Both the position numbers and the translations under genes were made by a program. From positions 62,001-126,000 of IMG/VR virus record IMGVR_UViG_3300024270_000031: DNA of 64,000 nt, one strand, 5' to 3'. Within the stretch, counting starts at the first letter, position 1; the number at the start of each line of letters is the position of its first letter. Below the pieces are notes generated by a model that was given only the letters and a program-made list of their open reading frames with translations, made no database searches and was not told the DNA's origin. The stretch is from an uncultured virus (IMG/VR IMGVR_UViG_3300024270_000031) (Duplodnaviria > Heunggongvirae > Uroviricota > Caudoviricetes). Positions 25,678 to 34,998 of this stretch are shown piece by piece.

Positions 25678-27726
25678 TTGATGATATCAAACGAACTAAA
25701 TTTAGAACAACTAAATAATCTATCTCCTGAGGAAAGAGCTCTCGCCCTTGAAATTTTAAAAGAGTACTCACAAGAAGGTTTCTCCGGTATATTAGAAGAT
25801 CTTAAATACTCTGACTATGAAGAAATCCCAGTAGATATTATGACGTTTATCTCTGATGAACGTTATCTCGGCCGAGGCCTCTACATAAAAGATGAGTTTA
25901 CTGGAGAAAGAAAGTGCACAGTATTCCCGTACTGGATAGAAAAGCTTAAAGAGATATTTCCAGATAACTTGACAACTAGATATAATACTATTGTATTAAC
26001 TGGTTCTATCGGTCTTGGTAAGTCTTTTATTGCAGTCGTTTGTCAGCTTTACCTGCTGTATAGAATGCTTTGCTTAAAAGATCCTTATACTTATTATGGC
26101 CTCCAGCCTATCGATAAAATCACATTTTCAATGTTAAACGTAACATTGGAAGCAGCACAAGGTGTCGGCTGGGATAAGATGCAGCAGCTGCTCCAAAGCT
26201 CTGATTGGTTCATGGAACGAGGCAATATGAATGCTAGTAGGACAAACCCTCAGTGGCAACCGCCTAAAGGAATTGAGCTTGTATTCGGTTCTAGTAATAG
26301 ACACGTAGTTGGTCGTGCACTATTCTCTAACTTCTCGGATGAAGTTAACTTCGGTGTCGGTAATAATGTAGAGAAACAAAAAGCTAAGCTTAAGAAAATG
26401 ATTTCTCAGATCGACGCCCGTATGATTTCTCGTTTTGGTAAAGGTACCTACCTTCCTACGATGAATATTATCGCTTCATCAAAAGACTCTGAACAGGCTT
26501 TCATGGAATCTTATATTGAAATGAAACGCCAAAATGAGAGTAAAACTACTCTAATTGTTGACGAACCTCAGTGGATAGTCAGAAATGATAAAGGTTCGCC
26601 GGATGACCCAGGAAGCTTCTATGTTGCTGTCGGAAATAAGTTCCTAGCACATGAGCTACTTCCAGTCGGAGCGACAGAAGATGAAATAAATGCATACAGA
26701 GAAAAAGGTTATTTCATGCTAAAAGTTCCTCCGATTTATAGAGAAGCTTTTGAAGATAACATTGACCTTGCGCTCACTGATAACGCCGGTATTTCTACTT
26801 CAAGTTCTACTAAGTATATCTCCGGTGTTCGTTTAAATCAGATTAAGACAGACACATATAAAAATCCATTTACAAAAGATATTATCGAAGTTGGCAACAG
26901 CCCAGATGATATATTACAGTATTCTAACTTCTTTGATATATCAAGAGTAAATCCACGAGATCTTTCAAGACCTCTGTTTATACATCTCGATATGTCGCTT
27001 TCTGGAGACAAAACTGGTATCGCCGGTATCTGGATAACAGGTAAAAGGCCACCACAAGCCGGAACAAATGACCCAAGCAAAGAACTTGAATTCAAGGTCG
27101 CGTTCTCTGTTTCTGTTAAGGCACCTAAAGGTTTCCAAGTAAGCTTTGAGAAGAATAGAAACTTTATACGCTGGCTTCGTGACCGAGGCTTTGCAATCAA
27201 AGGAGTATCAAGCGATACTTATCAATCTGCGCAGATTCAACAGCAACTTAAAGCAGATAATTTTAATACTAAAATCTTATCTGTGGACCGCGTAGATAGT
27301 GCTACAAAACAATGCTTACCATATGCTTTCTTTAAATCTGCAATATATGAAAGACACCTGCAGTTATATAAAGATTGTGAATTACTTACTAACGAGATAG
27401 TTAGTTTGGAAAGACTTTCTGATGGTCATATCGATCACCCTCAAAACTTCTCAAAAGACCAGGCCGACGCCGTGTGTGGTGCACTCTTCCTTGCAAGCGA
27501 ATTTGCAGAAGAATACTCTTACGATTATGGCGAGAGCCTTGAAACATCCTTGGAAGTTAATGCGGTAGCAGATGACTTTAGAAAACAACAAATGATCCTC
27601 GAGTTCCAGGAAGAGCTAACTAGGATTTATATGGATAATGCTATAGCCGTTGAGAAAGTAGATTATCAAAAGAAAAAAGAATATGAAACATACCAAGATA
27701 TTTTGAATGGTATAATTATTTTATAA
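25678..27726 (+). CDS. terL: Terminase large subunit
   Basis: Walker A GSIGLGKS, Walker B FSDE, RNase-H-like HLDMS..GD, SSD and KDQADA; directly upstream of the portal. Confidence 0.88.
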   Translation: MMISNELNLEQLNNLSPEERALALEILKEYSQEGFSGILEDLKYSDYEEIPVDIMTFISDERYLGRGLYIKDEFTGERKCTVFPYWIEKLKEIFPDNLTTRYNTIVLTGSIGLGKSFIAVVCQLYLLYRMLCLKDPYTYYGLQPIDKITFSMLNVTLEAAQGVGWDKMQQLLQSSDWFMERGNMNASRTNPQWQPPKGIELVFGSSNRHVVGRALFSNFSDEVNFGVGNNVEKQKAKLKKMISQIDARMISRFGKGTYLPTMNIIASSKDSEQAFMESYIEMKRQNESKTTLIVDEPQWIVRNDKGSPDDPGSFYVAVGNKFLAHELLPVGATEDEINAYREKGYFMLKVPPIYREAFEDNIDLALTDNAGISTSSSTKYISGVRLNQIKTDTYKNPFTKDIIEVGNSPDDILQYSNFFDISRVNPRDLSRPLFIHLDMSLSGDKTGIAGIWITGKRPPQAGTNDPSKELEFKVAFSVSVKAPKGFQVSFEKNRNFIRWLRDRGFAIKGVSSDTYQSAQIQQQLKADNFNTKILSVDRVDSATKQCLPYAFFKSAIYERHLQLYKDCELLTNEIVSLERLSDGHIDHPQNFSKDQADAVCGALFLASEFAEEYSYDYGESLETSLEVNAVADDFRKQQMILEFQEELTRIYMDNAIAVEKVDYQKKKEYETYQDILNGIIIL

Positions 27727-27740
27727 GGAGACCATAGATT

Positions 27741-29696
27741 ATGGCGGAAAATACTACAACTAAAACGTCGCATGCGCTAGTCGGCAGTCAGACACAACCA
27801 ATAACACTTGACAATACGACCACGCTAGATATTGACGTCAATAAAACTTTAGTAGACAATATTATAGAAGCTGGCTTAAATAGCAAGCTTGATGTTGCAG
27901 CACTTGAGAACTTTACCAGTATCTCAAATTCACGTGACCAGATATATCAGTTAATTGATACTATGGCTCAGGATTCTTCTGTCGCCTCGATATTAAGAAC
28001 GTATGCAGAAGATGTCTGTGAGCCTGCAGACAATGGACATGTTATTTGGTGTGAGGCTAGCGACCCAAAAGTTAGTAAATTTGTTAACTACTTGCTAAAC
28101 ACCATGAATGCAGATAAAAATATGTTTGGCTGGACGTATGCACTATTAAAATACGGTGATGTGTACCTACGACTTTATCGAGAGTCAGACTATGCCGATG
28201 CATTATTTAAGACTGATAACATTGATAAAGTATATTCTGCGAGAAATACACTTAATGAAGCTTTTGATATAAGTATAGATGAAGAGCCTAAGAAAGAGAC
28301 TCTTGATGAGGCAGTTAAACTTAATTTACACACCGCTTCAGACCCATACAGCTACTATGTAGAAGCAGTAGATGACCCTGGCACAATGTTTGAGCTTACC
28401 AAATTTGGTAAAACCTACGGCTATATAGAAACACCAAATGAAACATCTACCGTAGATAATACATCAGCTTTTACAGGTGTAACTGCTTCTGGTACATATA
28501 ACTTTAGAATGAAGTCTGCAGATGTAAATGTATTCCAAGCTGATGACTTTGTTCACGCCTGTCTTGAAGATAACTTTACTAGATACCCAGAAACTGTTGA
28601 TTTGTTTATCGATGCTGATGGTACAAAGAGCCAATCTTATAGTGTTAGACGTGGTAAATCACTTCTATACGATTCTTATAAGATTTGGCGAGAGAAAGCA
28701 CTACTTGAAAGCGCCGCACTCTTAAACAGAATTACCCGTTCAAGTGTAGTACGTAAAGTTGGCGTAGAAGTCGGTGACATGCCGAAAGAACAAGTTCAGC
28801 AAACCCTACGTCGCGTTAAGGAAATGATGGAGCAAAAGAGTGCTCTAAACGTTGGCAACTCAATGAATGAGTATAACAACCCAGGCCCAATGGAAAATAA
28901 TATTTATTTTGCAACACACGGTGGCCAAGGAAATATTACCGTAGAAGCAGTCGGCGGTGATGTTGAAGTAAAGAACCTCGCTGACCTTGACTGGTGGAAT
29001 AATAAGTTCTATTCTTCTTATGGTATTCCTAAGCAGTACTTTGGCTGGACCGACGATGGTGCAGGCTTTAATGGGGGTACTTCTCTTACTATTCTTTCTA
29101 GCGTTTATGCTAAAGGTGTTAAGAGAGTTCAGAATGCAATGATTCAGGCACTCACAGACGCTATCAATCTTTTCCTTCTTAACAAGGGCCTCAAGAGCTA
29201 TCTCAATAACTTTACTCTTAAAATGAAAGCGCCTATCACTCAGGAAGAAATTGACTACCGTGCTGACCTTTCTAACAAGATTAATGCAATCAGCAGTATG
29301 CAGGGATTATTTACTGATATTGAAGATAAGCCTAGACGTCTGCGTATCTTAAAAGCTCTTCTTGCTGGACTTGACTATGGCGATGATATTAATGTGGAAA
29401 TAGATGCCGAAATTAAGGCTATTGAAGAAGCCGCTGCTGAAGCAGCTCTCGAAGCTGAAAATGAAGAAAACACCACAGCAGAAGATACAGAAGTGGAAAC
29501 AGAAGCAGCCGAGGAACCAGCAGAAGATATAGATTTGGGCTCACTTGAGGAACTTAATCTAGAAGCATTTAATGTAGGCACCGGTGATTTGTTGTTAGAG
29601 GAGCAGGATGTTCTTAGTAATATAATTCTTACTGAAGATGACCTCCCCTCACCAAGTGACTTAGATGCGGAAAAAGATTTCTCTGAAAATAACTAA
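27741..29696 (+). CDS. Portal protein (T4 gp20-like)
   Basis: KYGDVY, GKSLL...W...LLESA.LLNRITRS..R...VEVGDMP and YGIPKQY match gp20-type portals. Confidence 0.88.
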   Translation: MAENTTTKTSHALVGSQTQPITLDNTTTLDIDVNKTLVDNIIEAGLNSKLDVAALENFTSISNSRDQIYQLIDTMAQDSSVASILRTYAEDVCEPADNGHVIWCEASDPKVSKFVNYLLNTMNADKNMFGWTYALLKYGDVYLRLYRESDYADALFKTDNIDKVYSARNTLNEAFDISIDEEPKKETLDEAVKLNLHTASDPYSYYVEAVDDPGTMFELTKFGKTYGYIETPNETSTVDNTSAFTGVTASGTYNFRMKSADVNVFQADDFVHACLEDNFTRYPETVDLFIDADGTKSQSYSVRRGKSLLYDSYKIWREKALLESAALLNRITRSSVVRKVGVEVGDMPKEQVQQTLRRVKEMMEQKSALNVGNSMNEYNNPGPMENNIYFATHGGQGNITVEAVGGDVEVKNLADLDWWNNKFYSSYGIPKQYFGWTDDGAGFNGGTSLTILSSVYAKGVKRVQNAMIQALTDAINLFLLNKGLKSYLNNFTLKMKAPITQEEIDYRADLSNKINAISSMQGLFTDIEDKPRRLRILKALLAGLDYGDDINVEIDAEIKAIEEAAAEAALEAENEENTTAEDTEVETEAAEEPAEDIDLGSLEELNLEAFNVGTGDLLLEEQDVLSNIILTEDDLPSPSDLDAEKDFSENN

Positions 29697-29722
29697 TGGA
29701 TATTTGAAAGGTATATATTATA

Positions 29723-30196
29723 ATGATTACAAAAAATGATTGTTTGACTATCCTGGTCTCACTTGAAGACAAGGGAATCAATATAGATAAGCCTATGAGG
29801 AAGCTTGTAACGAGCAAAGAAATTCCTATGGAAGTGCTAAAGTTTATCTTAGACAACCGTGGTATTGAGGTTGCTAATTTTTATGAAATGCTTCGTAAAA
29901 AACACAACCAGAAGAAATCACCTCTATATCATAATATTGTAAAAGACATTTATGATACTGATGAGGTTATTACAACACTTGCCTGTCTACTAGTACAAAT
30001 CACCCTGTATGGAAGAAAGCTTCCGACAAATAAAGAAATTTTTCAGCGAGAAGTACGCGCCGAAGAAATTTCAAGAGTGCTAAACAGCTATTACAGCACT
30101 GGCGAGTTTGATCAGTGCATCGCTCTGCTAAAGCTACTCAAGTCAGATTTACTTGTACTCGAGCATATCAGCGGTCGACGTGACGCACTAAATTAA
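29723..30196 (+). CDS. Hypothetical protein
   Basis: ORF with GAAAGG RBS after the portal. Confidence 0.65.
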   Translation: MITKNDCLTILVSLEDKGINIDKPMRKLVTSKEIPMEVLKFILDNRGIEVANFYEMLRKKHNQKKSPLYHNIVKDIYDTDEVITTLACLLVQITLYGRKLPTNKEIFQREVRAEEISRVLNSYYSTGEFDQCIALLKLLKSDLLVLEHISGRRDALN

Positions 30197-30361
30197 AAAT
30201 ATAATATAAAAAATAAACTATATTAATAAAAAATAATATAGTTTATTTTTTATTTAATTTTAATACAAAAATATTAGCTAAATTAATTGATCATAAAGAT
30301 GTGTAATTAAACATCTTAAATTAAATTAATTAAAAATTATCACCTATAAGGAGAGTTAAAA

Positions 30362-30736
30362 ATGAAGCTTGAGAACGGCTACAAACTAATTTATGAAGTT
30401 GTTGATAACGGAGTAAGAGAGTTCAGAGCATCTAAGACTGGTGTACCCGCTGATGATGACTTTGTAATTACTTCTAATACAATCGGAGCTAATAAGCTTA
30501 TATACCAGTACGAAGGTAAGTTCTATGGCACCGGTGATAACTTTGTTCCTACATACAACGATGATGGAACCCCTGCCGATGAGGCACTCATTACGGATGA
30601 AGCTTTTGCAGAAGTTTTTGTTGCTAAGACTGAAGAGCCTGAGGTAGAGGAAGCCCCTGTGTGCGAGCACGAATTCGTAGACGGTGTTTGCACAAAGTGC
30701 GGTACGGCTGACCCTGACTTTGTTCCTGCTGAGTAA
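30362..30736 (+). CDS. Late small protein with C-terminal Cys/His motif (possible virion component)
   Basis: Own late motif at 30276; ends CEHEFVDGVCTKCGTADPD. Confidence 0.6.
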   Translation: MKLENGYKLIYEVVDNGVREFRASKTGVPADDDFVITSNTIGANKLIYQYEGKFYGTGDNFVPTYNDDGTPADEALITDEAFAEVFVAKTEEPEVEEAPVCEHEFVDGVCTKCGTADPDFVPAE

Positions 30737-30816
30737 TAAAAATTATTATTAAATTATTTAATTATTAATTTATTATCTGCTAAATTATTTAGAACGCTGT
30801 AACTAAGAGGACGATT

Positions 30817-32727
30817 ATGGATTTAAATAAAAAAAGAATTCTTGAAGCGTTACAGATGCAGCCACTATCACCTGAGGAGATGGCCTCTAGACATATTTTA
30901 GGCAGATTGTATGGTCCTATTGCTACGTGTGTTGAAAGCACCAGAAACGGTAGACTTTACAACAAGCCACTTTGGGAGAGAGCCCTACAAGATGACATCT
31001 TTTTAGAGAAGGTAGCTACTAAAGCACTTTTCCTAGAACTCGGTCATCCCGCTGATAGAGAAGAGACAGATATGAAGCAGGCATGTGCTTGTATTCCTGA
31101 GGTGCCAAAGATTGTCGGCGACGACCTTTGTGCTTATGTTGATATTCTAGATACTCCTAACGGTAGACTGCTAAAAACGCTCGTAGATTATGGATTTGTT
31201 CCTGGAATCAGTTCACGTGGTTCCGGTGATGTAATGGACAACAACCAGGTTGACCCAGAAACATTCTTTTTGGAAACTTGGGATATTGTTCAACTACCTG
31301 CAGTTAAAAAAGCAAGACTTAATGTTTGTGAATCTTTAGACTCTGAAGGCCTTAAGCTTAAGAAAGCTTTAGCTGAGTCTTATAAGGCTGCAAAAGAAGA
31401 GGATAAAGATACTATGAAAAAGGCACTAGAAAATTTAAATATTGATATTGAAAATGAAATCTCTGACGAGGCACCTATCGAAGAGTCAACTAGACTTACT
31501 GCTGAGGATATTCCTTGGGCAGACGATGAAGAGATTCTAACAGAAGAGATGCCTGCTGAAGAGGAAACTGAGGAAGCCGAAGAAGAGACTACTGAGGAAG
31601 CTACTGAAGAAGCTGATGTAGCTGAACCTACTGATGAAGAAGTTCCTGTAGAAGCAGAAGAAGCAGAGGTAGAAGAGCCTGAAGTAGTTGATGTAACCGG
31701 TGACGGTGAAGCGGATGTCAGCACTGTCGGAGATGCTATCGAGTTGCTTAAAGAATTCGACGAAGATACTAAAGTAGAATTCGAGGCTACTGATGCCAAT
31801 GGAGAAGTTGCTCCTGTAGATAATATCGAACATTACATAGACGATGATGTTCTTGTTCTTAATGTGAAATCCTGCGAAGCTGAAGAAGAACCTTCAGAAG
31901 TCGCAGATTCAAATATAGAGACTGAAACTGATGAAATTCCTGTTGAAACCATCGAAGAAGTAACCAATGATGAAGGCACAGCCGACGATGACGGAGATGA
32001 CGAGGTCATTGAGAGCTTGAAAGAGATGGTCAGACAGAAAGAAGCTTTGGAAACCGAACTTAGTGATTTGCGTAAAGCTAAAGCAGTTGGCGATGCCAAA
32101 GAACAAGAGTTACAAGAAAAGCTTGGCCGGTACAGAACTGCATTTAGAAATACTAGTGCAGAAGCTGCAAAAGTTCCTGAGCTAATTGCAAAAGTTGAAG
32201 AGCTCACAGAAAAACTTAACCAATCGCAACAAAATGTAAAAGTATTAACTGAAAAGGTTAATAAAGCACAACAGCTAAAAGAGAGCATTGAAGGCAATAA
32301 GGCAAATGAAAGACGCTTAAATGAAGAAGTGTCTAGACTTACTAAAGAGTCTAAAGCTCTTGAAGCTAAACTTGAAGGTCAAACAAAAGTTTATACTGAA
32401 AAACTTCAGGAAAGAACAAACCTTGCAAAAGCTTATAAAGCACGCTATATTGAGTCACTCAATAAGTATGTAAAATCTAAAGCTGACATGCTCGGTGTTG
32501 CACCTTCAGAAATTACAAGCCGCCTCAATGAGAACTTTACTCTCTCAGATGTTGATGCTGTTTGTGACAAAATTCTTGATTCTACTGTCAATTTCAGTAG
32601 ACTTCCTTTCGGTGGAAGAACTAAAACATCTGCTCGTATAGCTGAATCTGTATCTAGACCTGCTAAGAATAATTATGACGACGATGACCTTAGTGACCTT
32701 CTCGAGCTTGCCGGATTGAAGAAATAA
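30817..32727 (+). CDS. Prohead protease (T4 gp21-like) fused to acidic linker and coiled-coil scaffold
   Basis: RNGRLY, LELGHP, DILDTPNG, GISSRGSG and WDIVQLPA; C-terminal coiled coil; directly upstream of the MCP. Confidence 0.88.
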   Translation: MDLNKKRILEALQMQPLSPEEMASRHILGRLYGPIATCVESTRNGRLYNKPLWERALQDDIFLEKVATKALFLELGHPADREETDMKQACACIPEVPKIVGDDLCAYVDILDTPNGRLLKTLVDYGFVPGISSRGSGDVMDNNQVDPETFFLETWDIVQLPAVKKARLNVCESLDSEGLKLKKALAESYKAAKEEDKDTMKKALENLNIDIENEISDEAPIEESTRLTAEDIPWADDEEILTEEMPAEEETEEAEEETTEEATEEADVAEPTDEEVPVEAEEAEVEEPEVVDVTGDGEADVSTVGDAIELLKEFDEDTKVEFEATDANGEVAPVDNIEHYIDDDVLVLNVKSCEAEEEPSEVADSNIETETDEIPVETIEEVTNDEGTADDDGDDEVIESLKEMVRQKEALETELSDLRKAKAVGDAKEQELQEKLGRYRTAFRNTSAEAAKVPELIAKVEELTEKLNQSQQNVKVLTEKVNKAQQLKESIEGNKANERRLNEEVSRLTKESKALEAKLEGQTKVYTEKLQERTNLAKAYKARYIESLNKYVKSKADMLGVAPSEITSRLNENFTLSDVDAVCDKILDSTVNFSRLPFGGRTKTSARIAESVSRPAKNNYDDDDLSDLLELAGLKK

Positions 32728-32798
32728 ACCAGAAAGCTTAAACACAAAATCTAAACAAAAAACAAAAACTAATTATTACTTTTAGAAAGAGGTATATT

Positions 32799-34130
32799 AT
32801 GAAACAAAATCTTCTTGAGACTTATTCTCGTCAGCTCAAGGTTGCTGAAGCTTATGTAGCTAAGAACTTTGAAGGCAAGACTATTTCTTCTAACACAGCA
32901 CTTACTACTGCTGTTCTTCTTGACAACACTAACCGTTGGATGACCGAGTCTATGGATATCGGTGCTCTTGGCAACGCTACTGACCGTAGCCAGCTTGGCG
33001 CTTGGAAGAAGTTCTGCTTGAACCTCACCAACATCGCTGTTCCTTCTCTTATCGCTAACGACCTCGTTATCGTTCATCCTATGACCAGTTACTCTGGTTC
33101 TGTTGCTTACCTTGAGTACGTAGCACTTTCTGACAAGGCTGGTATGCAGGGTAAGGTTCTTAACGGTGTATTCGGTCTTGGTGAAATGAGCACTGAGCGT
33201 ATGAGCTACACTTCCCAGATCGTTGTTGAAACTCTTGTTGCTGACGAAGATGGTAATGTTGCTCTTGCATTCGAGGCTAGCGAAATTGATCCTGAAGGCT
33301 TCAAGTACTTCGATGAAGAGACCAAGACTGTTAAGACTGCTGCTTACAAGGTAAACGGCAAGTATGAGACTTCCTACACTCCTAAGGCAGGCGACAGAGT
33401 TGCTTACAAGGCTATGGAGTATCAGATGGAGAAAGTTCCTGCTGAGAACATTCCTACTATCGGTCCTCGCATGAAGCACATTCCTCTCGTTGCTGAGCCT
33501 CGTAGAATTGCTGTTCGTTACGACCAGATCACTGCTTTCCAGGCTAAGACTGACTATGGCTTCTCTCTTGACAAGCAGATCGCTGAGCAGGCTTGCGGTG
33601 AGCTCGCTTACGAAATCGACACTGAGATCGTTGACATGCTTTACCAGGGCTCTAAGAAACTCGAGGGTGTTAGAGAGTGGTCTAAGACACTTCCTGCTGG
33701 CGTTTCTAAGTTCGAGCACTACAACGGCTTCCTTGAAGTTATCGAAGAAGCTAAGATGGTTATCTATAACAGAACCAAGAAGTTCCATCCTAACTACATG
33801 GTAATCGCTTCTGACGTTCTTCCTGTTCTCCGTTTCGTTAACGGCTTTACTGCTGTTAAGAACGCTAAGATGAATGGTCCTTACAAGGTTGGTGAGCTTG
33901 ACGGCCTTAACGTTTACGTTTCTCCTATCCTTGGCAAGGGTGAATTCTTCCTCGGCCTCAACGGTAACGACATGATGAGCTCTGCTGGTGTTTACGCTCC
34001 TTACATGGCAATCGTTCCTACTCAGCTTCTCGGTACTCCCGATGGCGGTATGGCACAGGGCTTCAGCACTTGGTATGCTAAGGCACTCCTTAACGAGGCT
34101 CTCCTTGTTTCCGGTAAGATCGTTGACTAA
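32799..34130 (+). CDS. Major capsid protein (T4 gp23-like)
   Basis: LIANDLVIVHPMTSYSG, ELAYEIDTEI and GVYAPY motifs; strong highly-expressed codon bias. Confidence 0.92.
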   Translation: MKQNLLETYSRQLKVAEAYVAKNFEGKTISSNTALTTAVLLDNTNRWMTESMDIGALGNATDRSQLGAWKKFCLNLTNIAVPSLIANDLVIVHPMTSYSGSVAYLEYVALSDKAGMQGKVLNGVFGLGEMSTERMSYTSQIVVETLVADEDGNVALAFEASEIDPEGFKYFDEETKTVKTAAYKVNGKYETSYTPKAGDRVAYKAMEYQMEKVPAENIPTIGPRMKHIPLVAEPRRIAVRYDQITAFQAKTDYGFSLDKQIAEQACGELAYEIDTEIVDMLYQGSKKLEGVREWSKTLPAGVSKFEHYNGFLEVIEEAKMVIYNRTKKFHPNYMVIASDVLPVLRFVNGFTAVKNAKMNGPYKVGELDGLNVYVSPILGKGEFFLGLNGNDMMSSAGVYAPYMAIVPTQLLGTPDGGMAQGFSTWYAKALLNEALLVSGKIVD

Positions 34131-34165
34131 TTGCTGACTAACTAACGCTAATAAACCAATTAATG

Positions 34166-34195
34166 AAGCACGCAGTGTAAAAGCTGCGTGCTTTT
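34166..34195 (+). terminator. Intrinsic terminator after MCP
   Basis: AAGCACGCAG...CTGCGTGCTTTT. Confidence 0.8.
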
Positions 34196-34255
34196 CTTAT
34201 ACATTATTAAAATTATTTGCTAAATTAATTGATTAGTTAGCAAGGAGTTAAAATA

Positions 34256-34978
34256 ATGAAACTTGAAGATATTATTGATGAAGTTAAATTAGAGCTAACT
34301 GGCTACATACTTGATATGGAAATAACAGATGAAACGCTAGTTTCAGTTATTAAAAAGGCGTTAAGAGAGCTCGAAAGGTTTTGGGACGAGACTACACTTA
34401 TTAGAGTACCATTTGCTTCCTGTATCGACCTTGACGGCGACTTTTTTAAAGAAAAAGTAAGTTCTATTGTAAAAGTATACAGAACTGAAGGCTTTGGTGA
34501 TATGGAAGGTGGCGTGTCTGTTATGAATGATCCCATTCAGCTCGCTCAATTTGCTATTTTTAGCAATGGTGGTACTATGTATAACTTACAAGACTATGTA
34601 ATGAACTATGCTTCTTGGATGTCATTAAGCCAGATGAAAAATACTATGTCTACTGACATGGCTTTTAAAGAAGACCGCCACAATAAAAAATTATATATTA
34701 ATAGAGCCAATAGTGCACCTAGTATGGTTACAATAGAGTATATTCCAAAGCTAAACTCTGTTGAAGATATTAAAAGTGACTATTGGATTGATATCTTAAT
34801 TAAATACTGTGTTGCTCTTACAAAAGTAGTTCTAGGTAGAATTAGAACACGTTTTGCTCAGTCTAATGCTCTTTGGACACAAGACGGCGATAAAATTCTT
34901 GAAGAGGGTAACACTGAGTTAAAAGAACTGCGTGAGATACTTCGTGTAAACTCTAACATGACTTACTTAATCGATTAA
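34256..34978 (+). CDS. Neck/head-tail adaptor protein (gp13-like)
   Basis: WIDILIKYCVALTKVVLGRIRTRF...DGDKILEEG..EL resembles the gp13 C-terminus; position after the MCP. Confidence 0.65.
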   Translation: MKLEDIIDEVKLELTGYILDMEITDETLVSVIKKALRELERFWDETTLIRVPFASCIDLDGDFFKEKVSSIVKVYRTEGFGDMEGGVSVMNDPIQLAQFAIFSNGGTMYNLQDYVMNYASWMSLSQMKNTMSTDMAFKEDRHNKKLYINRANSAPSMVTIEYIPKLNSVEDIKSDYWIDILIKYCVALTKVVLGRIRTRFAQSNALWTQDGDKILEEGNTELKELREILRVNSNMTYLID

Positions 34979-34998
34979 TAAACTAAGGAGAAATATAA

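Noticed and set aside
25678..27726. Intein or intron in terL, topA or the helicase
   Set aside because: Lengths and motif spacing are normal; no splicing motifs or embedded endonuclease seen.
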